Below are positions 18,760 to 30,759 of a stretch of 64,000 nucleotides of DNA, piece by piece. Made by a program: the position numbers and the translations under genes. The notes beneath the pieces were generated by a model. It ran no database searches. It saw only the letters and a program-made list of their open reading frames with translations, and was not told the DNA's origin. Positions within the stretch are counted from its first letter, which is position 1. Each line of letters starts with the position of its first letter. Source of the DNA: an uncultured delta proteobacterium (lineage in GTDB: Bacteria; Myxococcota_A; Polyangia; Fen-1088); assembly GCA_963767925.1 (NCBI GenBank), contig CAVYGB010000008.1, forward strand, positions 2,464,001-2,528,000. Direction: 5' to 3'.

Positions 18760-19092
18760 TCAGGGCGGATCGGTCGCCAGAAAACAGAGCGGCTGGCGGT
18801 GGCAAGGCGGCAGGAACGAGTTGCCGACCAGATCCCGCACGGGCCGCAAGGTCGGCCGGGCCACCGTCTCGGCCGGCGTCTCGAGCACCGGGACCACCTC
18901 TTCTGCCGAGACGAGCAGCGCCTCGCGCAGGTTGAGCGCGCCCTGCACGATGGAAAACACGAACACCGGCAGGGCGATCACGACCGCGCCCATGGCCCGC
19001 ATCAGCCCCCGGCGGTGAACCACCGCGAACCGCTCCCCCGATCCGCCTTCTCCTACCGGACGCGACATGTCGGCCTCCTCCCGCTCCCCCAT
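18760..19092 (-). CDS. Hypothetical small membrane protein
   Basis: One hydrophobic segment (GAVVIALPVFVFSIV); downstream of nhaA on the same strand. Confidence 0.4.
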   Translation of the reverse strand: MGEREEADMSRPVGEGGSGERFAVVHRRGLMRAMGAVVIALPVFVFSIVQGALNLREALLVSAEEVVPVLETPAETVARPTLRPVRDLVGNSFLPPCHRQPLCFLATDPP

Positions 19093-19138
19093 CGATTGAT
19101 TATGAACGGGCCGGCGCCGAGGGCCAGTCGTCAGGGGC

Positions 19139-20491
19139 TCAGGCCGGTCGATTCGGCCGTGGAATCAAGGCCAGGAGCAGCACGCCAGCTACCCCCGCGG
19201 CGGCTGATCCCGCCAGGATGCCCAGCTTGGCTGCGTCGAGGAGCCGGGGGTCGGCCGGGTAAGCCAGAGAAGCGATGAAGAGCGCGACGGTGAAGCCGAT
19301 CCCGGCCACGATGGCCACGCCACCCACCCGCAGCCACTCGACCCCGCCGGGGAGCGGGGCCAGCCGCAGCCGGACCGCGATCCAGGTGGCGAGCAGGATC
19401 CCCACCGGCTTGCCCAGCAGGAGCCCGAGGCCCACGCCCAGGGCGACCGCCGCGCCCGGGCCGGCCGCCCCCCCGCTCAGCGTGACGCCGGCGTTGGCCA
19501 GGGCGAACAGCGGCATGATCCCGAAGGCCACGTAGGGGTGCAGCCCGTGCACGAAGCGGGTGAGGGGCGCCTCGAGGTCTTCGAGCTTCTCCTCGATCTG
19601 CAAGACGGCGCTGTCGTCGAGCGTCTCCCGGGAGGACGCGGCGAGAAGGCCACGGACGTGCTCCTCCAGCTCGGCCAGAATCTGGGCGGCCGGTCGTCGC
19701 GGGCGCACCGGGATGAGGAGGCCAAGCGCGACGCCGGAGATGGTGGCGTGGATCCCGCCCGCGTGCAGGGCGTACCAGAGGGCGACGCCCCCCGCGGCGT
19801 AGGCCACCCCGCTGCGCACGTAAGCGCGGTTCATGGCCAGCAGCCCGAGGGTCACGGCGGCGGCCCCCAGCAACCAGGGGAGCGAGAGCCCCTCGCCGTA
19901 AAAGAGCGCGATGACGAGGATGCCGCCGATGTCGTCGAAGATGGCGAGGGCGATGAGAAAGACCTTCAGGGCGTGGGGCACCCGCGGGCCGAGCAAGGTC
20001 AGGCAGCCCAGGCAAAAGGCGATGTCGGTGGCCATGGGGATCCCCCAGCCGTGCTCGCCCGGTCCACCCCAGTTGAAGATCAGGAAGGTGATCGATGGGA
20101 CGACCATGCCGCCGAGTGCGGCCACCGCCGGCAGGAGGGCGCGGCCGACCGTGCGCAGCTCGCCCAGGACCAGCTCGCGCTTGATCTCCATGCCCACCAG
20201 GAGAAAGAAGATCGCCATCAACCCGTCGTTGATGACGGCCTGGAGGCTCACCCGCACCACCTGCCCCTCCAGCCCGAACGAGAGGTTCGCGGCGAACAGC
20301 CGCTGGTAGCTGGGCTGCCATGGGGAGTTGGACCAGACCAGGGCCACCACCGCCGCCGCGAACAGCACGATGCCGCTGGCCGCCTCCAGGCGGAAGAAGG
20401 CCTGGATGGGCTCGATGACCGCTCCGAAGGCGCTGGTGCGAGCGGAGCGCCCGCGGCTGTTACCGCGGTTTCTCGGGGGGGAATCAGACAC
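19139..20491 (-). CDS. nhaA: Na+/H+ antiporter NhaA
   Basis: INDGLMAIFFLLVGMEIKRE, GWGIPMATDIAF, LAIFDDIG, PLFALANAG, GIGFTVALFI; GTG start after GGAGG. Confidence 0.95.
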   Translation of the reverse strand: MSDSPPRNRGNSRGRSARTSAFGAVIEPIQAFFRLEAASGIVLFAAAVVALVWSNSPWQPSYQRLFAANLSFGLEGQVVRVSLQAVINDGLMAIFFLLVGMEIKRELVLGELRTVGRALLPAVAALGGMVVPSITFLIFNWGGPGEHGWGIPMATDIAFCLGCLTLLGPRVPHALKVFLIALAIFDDIGGILVIALFYGEGLSLPWLLGAAAVTLGLLAMNRAYVRSGVAYAAGGVALWYALHAGGIHATISGVALGLLIPVRPRRPAAQILAELEEHVRGLLAASSRETLDDSAVLQIEEKLEDLEAPLTRFVHGLHPYVAFGIMPLFALANAGVTLSGGAAGPGAAVALGVGLGLLLGKPVGILLATWIAVRLRLAPLPGGVEWLRVGGVAIVAGIGFTVALFIASLAYPADPRLLDAAKLGILAGSAAAGVAGVLLLALIPRPNRPA

Positions 20492-20597
20492 GATCGGCCT
20501 CCGCGTTTCGGCTGGCGGCCCGACCACCCGAAGAACCTGCGGCGCAGCCGCCGCACCCTTGCAAAGCTCGGAGTCTTGGCGAAAAGCAGAGAGGCGG

Positions 20598-22070
20598 TCA
20601 AGCCCCGACGCGCGAGGGGGCAACCCGTCCCGCGCCGTCGCCGCCGGTCCCCTCGGCACCAGGCGTCCCCCCCTCGGCCAGCGGCGACACGACGAAGCCG
20701 GGGAGGGTCACGCAAAAGCGGGTCCCCTCCTCGAGTCGGGACGTCACCTCGATCGATCCCCCAGCCGCCTCGACGATCCGGTGGACGGTCGCCAGCCCGA
20801 GGCCGCTGCCGGGGACCCGGGCGCCCGGGGTCCGGTAAAAGGGCTCGAAGATGCGGGCCTGGTGCTCGAGCGCGATGCCCGGGCCGGTGTCCTCCACGAC
20901 GATCTGATAGGCGCCCTCCCGGCCGCGGGCGACAACCCGCACCCGGCGGAGCGGGCGGCCGTCGAGGAACTTGAAGGCGTTGCTCAGCAGGTTGGCGGTG
21001 ACCGCCAGCAACAGCGCCGGCGCGCAGGCCACGGTCCCTTCCTCGATGTCCGTCTCCACCTCGGCGGAGACCTCCTCGCGCAGGCCGGCCAGGCTGTCGA
21101 GCGCGCCGGTGACGGCGGCCCGGACCGAGGCGCCGGCGTAGGGATCGGCGCCTCGCCCCGAGCGCGCGAAGGCCAGCAAGGTGTCGAGGAAGGCGGTGGC
21201 GCGCGCGCCCGCCCGGGCCACCCGCTCGGTCGCCACGTCGACGTCTTCGGGGCGGGTCCGCACGTGCCGGAGGTGGGCGGCGGCGATGGGCAGAGGCGCG
21301 AGGATGTTGCGCAGATCGTGCGCCACCCGGCCGGCGAAGGCGTCGAGGTCCTGGTTGCGCTGCTCGAGCAGCTCGGCGGTCGTGGCCAGCTCCGAGCGGC
21401 TCCGCTCGAGCGCCATCAAGGTCCGCACCAGCAGCACCGTCATCAACCCTGCCACCGCCACCGCCAGCCCGGCGCCCCCGAGCAACAGGCTGTAGGCGAC
21501 GCTGGTTTGCTCCTCGGCCCGCCGGCGCGCGTCGGCGAGGTCGCGCACCTCGAGGGAGGTGGCGGCGGTCAGGGCGGCGTCGAGCGCCTCGCGCGCGGGC
21601 TGCACCTCCCGGTCGACCCGCTCGGCCGCCCCCGCTTCCCCCCGGTTGCGCTCCTGCATGGCCTGCTCCAGCCGCTCGTAGTAGGCGTCGGCCAGCCGGC
21701 GGACGTCGGCCATGGCGGTGCGGGCGGGGACCCCTTCGCTGCGGGCAGCCAGCCCGGCGAGGACCAGGGCCATCTCGCGTCGGGTCGCGCGGGTGTCCTC
21801 GACCAGCTCGGGCCGGCCGGTGAGCAGGAATTTCTGGCCGGTCCGGCCGGTTCGTTCACTGAGGTAGACCAGGCGCTGGAACTGCACGACGTCGGCCGCT
21901 TCCCGGTCGATGAGCTGGTTCATGCGCTCTGTGTTCCGGCGGAGCTGCGCCAGGGAGGCGAAGGTCAGGGCCAGGGCCAGCACCAGGCCGAACACGTGAC
22001 CGGCGATGGCCCGCCCTATCCCGAATCGCGGCTGCTCCCGCTTCACGACTCGACCCCGAGACGCCGACAC
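20598..22070 (-). CDS. Membrane sensor histidine kinase (start uncertain)
   Basis: Two TM helices around a helical sensor domain; AHDLRN, NLLSNAFKF, DTGPGI, GSGLGL. Confidence 0.85.
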   Translation of the reverse strand: MSASRGRVVKREQPRFGIGRAIAGHVFGLVLALALTFASLAQLRRNTERMNQLIDREAADVVQFQRLVYLSERTGRTGQKFLLTGRPELVEDTRATRREMALVLAGLAARSEGVPARTAMADVRRLADAYYERLEQAMQERNRGEAGAAERVDREVQPAREALDAALTAATSLEVRDLADARRRAEEQTSVAYSLLLGGAGLAVAVAGLMTVLLVRTLMALERSRSELATTAELLEQRNQDLDAFAGRVAHDLRNILAPLPIAAAHLRHVRTRPEDVDVATERVARAGARATAFLDTLLAFARSGRGADPYAGASVRAAVTGALDSLAGLREEVSAEVETDIEEGTVACAPALLLAVTANLLSNAFKFLDGRPLRRVRVVARGREGAYQIVVEDTGPGIALEHQARIFEPFYRTPGARVPGSGLGLATVHRIVEAAGGSIEVTSRLEEGTRFCVTLPGFVVSPLAEGGTPGAEGTGGDGAGRVAPSRVGA

Positions 22071-22166
22071 GACACCCTCGTCTCATAGCGCCCGATCATT
22101 CGATCGGCAATCCCGCTGGCGGATCTCGGTGGCGGCGGTCGTGCGTCAAGCCGCACGCCCGCCGGG

Positions 22167-23303
22167 CTACTCCGCCGAGGGCTCGGCGTTGACCAGCTCG
22201 GGCGTGCGCGGCACCGGGGGACGGGTGCGGGCCTGCGGCCGGCCTGGCCGATCGGCCTTGTCCGGCAGGTCGATGGCGACCTTGCGACCGGTCTCCGCCG
22301 CTTCCAGGATGGCGCGGATGATGCGCACGTCGTGCAGGCCCTCCCAGCCCGAGGGCTCGGGCTCCTCGTCGCGCAGCACGCAGCGGGCGAGATATTCGAT
22401 CTCGGGCGCGATCTGATCGCGCTTGCCGAATCGGCGCTTCTTGATCTTGTCGCCGATGCGGGCCTCGAGCGACATCGGCATGGCGTATTCATAGGCCGGG
22501 TCGAGCCGCAGCGAACCGCGGGTGCCGCCGAGCTCGTACCAGCCGCTGTCGGCCGCACCGAAGCTGGCGGTGAAGGTGGCGAGGCGCTCCTCCGGGAAGC
22601 GCAAGGTGACCGCCACCTGCTCCTCGATCTCGGCGAAGCGCCCGTCGTCGGAGCGGGTGGCGGTGGCGGCGACCACCTCGGTCGGCTCCTGTCCGAACAG
22701 GTAGCGGGCGGCGTTGATGCAATAGACGCCGATGTCGTAGAGGGGCCCCCCTCCCTCGTCGGTCGGCAGCGTGCGAACGTTGCCCGCCTTGACCGGCAAG
22801 GAGAACACCGAGGAGAAGTAGCGCAGGTCCCCCAGCTTGCCCTTTCGGGCCAGGTCGACCGCCGTGAGGTTGGCCGCCTCGAAGTGCAGCCGGTAGGCGA
22901 TCATCAGCTTGACCCTGGCCTCCTGGCAGGCGGCGATCATCTCCCGGCAGTCCGCCTCGCTCGGGGCCATCGGCTTCTCGCACAGGACGTGCACGCCGGC
23001 GCGGGCGGCCCGCACGGTGAAGTCCTTGTGCAGGTGGTTGGGCACCGTCAGGTAGACGGCGTCGACCGCGCCGCTGGCGAGGAGCGCGTCGTATTCGTCG
23101 TAGCCCACCACCTGGCGCACCCGGTACTTCTTGCCCAGCCGCCTTCGTTTCCGGGCGTCGTCGGAGAACAGCGCCACGAGCTGGCTGTTCTTTCGGGCAT
23201 GGGCGAAGGCCGGCAGGACCGCCGCCTGGGCAAAGTGGCCCAGCCCGACCACCGCCCACTTCACCCGCTGGTCGCTCTTCTGGTTTCCTCGTGCCTTTGC
23301 CAT
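22167..23303 (-). CDS. Gfo/Idh/MocA family oxidoreductase (glucose-fructose oxidoreductase-like)
   Basis: AVVGLG, HVLCEKPMA, GGGPLYDIGVYCIN. Confidence 0.9.
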   Translation of the reverse strand: MAKARGNQKSDQRVKWAVVGLGHFAQAAVLPAFAHARKNSQLVALFSDDARKRRRLGKKYRVRQVVGYDEYDALLASGAVDAVYLTVPNHLHKDFTVRAARAGVHVLCEKPMAPSEADCREMIAACQEARVKLMIAYRLHFEAANLTAVDLARKGKLGDLRYFSSVFSLPVKAGNVRTLPTDEGGGPLYDIGVYCINAARYLFGQEPTEVVAATATRSDDGRFAEIEEQVAVTLRFPEERLATFTASFGAADSGWYELGGTRGSLRLDPAYEYAMPMSLEARIGDKIKKRRFGKRDQIAPEIEYLARCVLRDEEPEPSGWEGLHDVRIIRAILEAAETGRKVAIDLPDKADRPGRPQARTRPPVPRTPELVNAEPSAE

Positions 23304-23333
23304 GACGTCACCTCTCTCCTGGGTCGTCCGCGC

Positions 23334-27056
<3,723 letters not shown>

Positions 27057-27234
27057 GATAACAACGTGGGGCGCCAACCTCGTCAGGGCAAGGCGGTAGC
27101 GCGGCGGGGCGCTGAAATTAGGTCTGGTGCCGGGCGCCAGGACCGGTGACCAGGTAGTGTCCCCAACAGGGTCCCCACCCGCCCGGAGGTCTGCCGGGAC
27201 TGCCCGGCTGGTCGCTCGTGTATGCCCTGTCGTT

Positions 27235-27867
27235 CTAGGGCGTGGGGCCAGCGCAGATCGGGACGGCGGGTGAATGGCAGCGGTTCGGGCCGGAGGCGCC
27301 CGAGCCGGCGCACATGCCCCAGCTCGCCAGCGCGGCCAGGGACGGCACCGGCAAGGCGACGGCGGCGCACACCGGGTCCTCGTCGATCTCGCCCGACGCC
27401 AGCGGCCCTCCAGGCAGCAGACACGCTGCCAGCGGGGCCAGCCGGCTGGAGGCGCCCGCGCTCACGCCGGCGAAGTTGCGGCCGGCGTCGGTCCACCAGC
27501 CCAGGAACAGGACCGCAACGAGGGCCGCCAGGCCGCCCTGTGAGCTGTGCGATCCCCGGGCGCCTGCCGCGCCCCGCGTGGCCGGGATGATCGGGACGGG
27601 AGCCGGGGCGGCCGGCGCGGCCGCCGGGGCCGGACGCCTGGTCGAGAGCGGGACCACCTCGGCCAGGGGCCGGCGCACCGAAGGCCAGAGCGCGGCCAGC
27701 GCCTCCTCGGCCGCCGCCTCTGCCGCCAGCGCCCGCGCGCAGGGGGCACAGGCCGCCACGTGCTCCTCGAACCGCTGCCGGGCGGTCGGAGCCAGCGCAT
27801 CGATCACGAAGCGCGCGATGTCGTCGGCGGCGGGGTGATCGCCCACGGACTGCTCCTGGCGACTCAT
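27235..27867 (-). CDS. zf-HC2 anti-sigma factor
   Basis: HVAACAPC (HxxxCxxC) and a TM segment; overlaps the sigma stop codon. Confidence 0.75.
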   Translation of the reverse strand: MSRQEQSVGDHPAADDIARFVIDALAPTARQRFEEHVAACAPCARALAAEAAAEEALAALWPSVRRPLAEVVPLSTRRPAPAAAPAAPAPVPIIPATRGAAGARGSHSSQGGLAALVAVLFLGWWTDAGRNFAGVSAGASSRLAPLAACLLPGGPLASGEIDEDPVCAAVALPVPSLAALASWGMCAGSGASGPNRCHSPAVPICAGPTP

Positions 27868-28487
27868 CCCGGCTCCTCCTCACCGAGGGCGCGGCGCAGG
27901 CGCTTGCGCACCTCGAACACGATCTGCTTGACCCGCTGGACCGACAGGCCGACCCGGGATGCCACCTCGGCGTAGCCGAGGTCGGGGTGGTCGTAGACCA
28001 GCTCGAAGACCCGGCGGGCGCCCGCCGGACAGTCGGCCAGCTCCCGCTCCACCCGGGCCAGGCGCTCCCGCCCGATCACCGACTCCTCGGCCGTGTGGTG
28101 GCAGGCCGGCTCGGCGGCATCGCCGATCGCCGTCAGGGTCCCATCCGAGCCGTCCGAGCCACCCCGGCCCCTCCGGTGATCGTTGGCTGCCAGGTAGCCA
28201 GCCTGCACGATGGCCAGCCCGGGCAGGACGAGCGCGCCAAGCCGGCCGGCGCGCTGCTGTTCCATGAGGCGCAACCAGGTCTCCTGGGCCAGCTCGCGGG
28301 CCCGCTCCAGGGGGATCCCCCGGGCCAGGATTGTCACCAGCACCCGGTGCTGATGCCGCGCGATGAGCACCGCCCAGGCCGCCGGGTCCCCGGACAGCGC
28401 GGCACGCTCTGCGTCGGCGTCCACGGGCGGATCGCCCGGCCGGGGGCCGTCGTCGGCGAAGGGCATCGTCCGGAGGCGGGCGCTCAT
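27864..28487 (-). CDS. ECF sigma-70 factor
   Basis: ARELAQETWLRL (region 2), YAEVASRVGLSVQRVK (region 4). Confidence 0.8.
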   Translation of the reverse strand: MSARLRTMPFADDGPRPGDPPVDADAERAALSGDPAAWAVLIARHQHRVLVTILARGIPLERARELAQETWLRLMEQQRAGRLGALVLPGLAIVQAGYLAANDHRRGRGGSDGSDGTLTAIGDAAEPACHHTAEESVIGRERLARVERELADCPAGARRVFELVYDHPDLGYAEVASRVGLSVQRVKQIVFEVRKRLRRALGEEEPG

Positions 28488-28650
28488 CCTCTCTGGATTA
28501 GAACACGCGGCCACCCCGAAGGTATCGATCCCCCCGAACGACGCGGCGAGGGAGCCGCTCGAGCACGCTTTGCCTACATGGCGGGGGGGCGCCGGAACGG
28601 CGTCCTAACCGTGTTCGAGGTTCTGTCGTGAGGCACTACTATCGGGCCCC

Positions 28651-29748
28651 ATGCTCGGCAGCGCCTGGCTCGAATGGTACGCCATCTTCGCGGAGGTCCC
28701 CACCTACCTGCTCGTCGCCCTGGCCGTGATGTGCGGGCTGCTGCTGGTGAGGCTCACCGAGAAGCGGATGATCAGCCGCTGGAGACGGAGCGCCGCCGCC
28801 ACCCCGGGGAACCTCGACGACGTCCTCGTCGAGGTGCTCGAACGGGCGCTGCTGCCGCTCATCTACTACGGGGTGTTCGCCCTGGGGATCCACTACCTCG
28901 ACCTGCCCCCCTGGGTGGGACGGGCGGTCAACTTCGTCGGGGTGGCGCTTGTCGCGTTTTACGGGGCCCGGGTCGCCACCAGCATCATCTCCCACGCCGT
29001 GAACCGGGCGCCGCTGGAAGGGGTGAGCGACCTGCGCCGCGTCCGGGTGGCGGTGCCGATCGTCCAGGTCGCGGTCTGGGGCCTGGCCCTCATCTTCCTG
29101 CTCGACAACCTGGGTGTGCAGATCGGCGCGGTGATAGCCGGCCTCGGCATCGGCGGCATCGCCGTCGCCCTCGCCGCCCAGACCATCCTCGGCGACCTGT
29201 TCAGCTACGTGGCCATCGTGTTCGATCACCCCTTTTCCATCGGGGACGTCATCGTCGTCGACACCTTCACCGGCACGGTCGAGCACATCGGCATCAAGAC
29301 CACCCGCGTGCGCAGCTCGAGCGGAGAGCTGATCGTGTTCGGCAACTCCAACCTCATGGGCGCCCGCATCCGGAACTTCCGCTCGATGAGCCGGCGGCGG
29401 GTGCTCTTCACCTTCGGCCTGGCCTACGAGACGCCCACCGAGACGCTCGAGCGGATCCCGGCAGCCGTCCGGGAGATCGTCGCCGCCCACCCCGCGCTGA
29501 CCGTCGACCGGGCCCACTTCCTGGCCTTCGGGCCGGCCAGCCTGGACTTCGAGGTCGTCTACTTCGTGGACCGACCCGACTTCAACTACTACATGGACGT
29601 GCAGCAGGCCATCAACCTCGCGCTCCTCCGGCGCTTCCAGCAGATGGGCGTCCAGCTCGCGGCCGCGGCCAAGGCCACCACCGCCCCCGCCCCCACCAAG
29701 CCGCCGGAACCAGCGCCGGCGCCCGCCCCCGCGCCAGCCGCCCGCTGA
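28651..29748 (+). CDS. Small-conductance mechanosensitive channel (MscS family)
   Basis: LGIGGIAVALAAQ..LGD, PFSIGD, GTVEHIGIKTTR. Confidence 0.92.
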   Translation: MLGSAWLEWYAIFAEVPTYLLVALAVMCGLLLVRLTEKRMISRWRRSAAATPGNLDDVLVEVLERALLPLIYYGVFALGIHYLDLPPWVGRAVNFVGVALVAFYGARVATSIISHAVNRAPLEGVSDLRRVRVAVPIVQVAVWGLALIFLLDNLGVQIGAVIAGLGIGGIAVALAAQTILGDLFSYVAIVFDHPFSIGDVIVVDTFTGTVEHIGIKTTRVRSSSGELIVFGNSNLMGARIRNFRSMSRRRVLFTFGLAYETPTETLERIPAAVREIVAAHPALTVDRAHFLAFGPASLDFEVVYFVDRPDFNYYMDVQQAINLALLRRFQQMGVQLAAAAKATTAPAPTKPPEPAPAPAPAPAAR

Positions 29749-29749
29749 C

Positions 29750-30757
29750 TCAGCCGGGACCGGCCGACCAGTCGAGGTTCGATCCGAACCCGGGCCGGTC
29801 GAGCGCCAGCCGCGACGGCGACGGCCCGAGCAGGGAGGAGGCGCCGCCGGCAAATGGCGCCAGGTCGTTGGGCGCGTCCGGGCAATAGATCGCCGCGAGC
29901 TGCCGGGCCTGCTCGCGCCCCGGACCGACCTCGTACATCCCGCCGAAATACACGACGACGGTGTCGACGGCGGCGGCGGCCTCGCCCGCCGGGAGCGCGC
30001 CATCCAGCCCCCGCAGCAGCTCGAGGAACCCGCCCATGCGGGGGGCCTTGAGGTTGACCCGCTCGCCCCGCCCGAGGGCCGCCCGCACGTCGGCCGCGCG
30101 CGCCAGCGGCCGATCGCGGGCGATGTGCGGGTGCCGGCATCCGTCGGGCGGATCCTCGAAGATCACCTGCGGAAAGGCCGCCGAGCAGCGCCGGGCGAGC
30201 GCCGGCGCCCCCTGCTCCTTCCAGTCGAGGATGATCAGCCGTCCACCGACCTGCGCGGCGAGCCCGGACAGCACGCCTTCGGTCCAGCCCGGGTGGACGT
30301 CGAGCTTCAGCTCGGGGCGGCCGGCAGGCAGCGCGCCGAGCGGATCCTCCTGGGGACCGAACGAGGCCACCCAGCGCAGCCGCCCCTCCCCCACCCGGCA
30401 CAGGTCGGCGAGCGCGAGCCCGCCCTGGCGCAGGGCCAGGTCGAGCAGCGCCCCTTCCAGCGCCGTCCGCTCGTGCGGCGCCGCCGCCCCCGCGCCGGCG
30501 AGCAGATCCTCCACCCTGCCCTGCCGGCCGGCGAGCAACCCTGGCGCGCGCGCCGCGAACCGCGCGTGCTCGAGCTCGGAGAACGAGACCAGCTCACCGG
30601 CGCCGGTGTGCCCGCCGCCCGCCAGCTCGACGAAGGTGGCGGGGCGACCCGGGTCCCCGTAGCCGGGCAGCGGCACGAAGGCGAACCGGCACCCCACCCG
30701 ATCCACCTGCACCGGGAGCGCCCCCAGGGTCCGGGCGAGGGCGCCGGGACGCAACAA
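29750..30757 (-). CDS. Enolase-superfamily (MLE-subgroup-like) protein of unknown function
   Basis: ALEGALLDLAL, ELKLD, acidic residues in ILDW/FEDP/ARDR, NLKAPRMGG, GGMYE.G; TTG start 2 nt after the egt stop. Confidence 0.7.
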   Translation of the reverse strand: MLRPGALARTLGALPVQVDRVGCRFAFVPLPGYGDPGRPATFVELAGGGHTGAGELVSFSELEHARFAARAPGLLAGRQGRVEDLLAGAGAAAPHERTALEGALLDLALRQGGLALADLCRVGEGRLRWVASFGPQEDPLGALPAGRPELKLDVHPGWTEGVLSGLAAQVGGRLIILDWKEQGAPALARRCSAAFPQVIFEDPPDGCRHPHIARDRPLARAADVRAALGRGERVNLKAPRMGGFLELLRGLDGALPAGEAAAAVDTVVVYFGGMYEVGPGREQARQLAAIYCPDAPNDLAPFAGGASSLLGPSPSRLALDRPGFGSNLDWSAGPG

Positions 30758-30759
30758 CG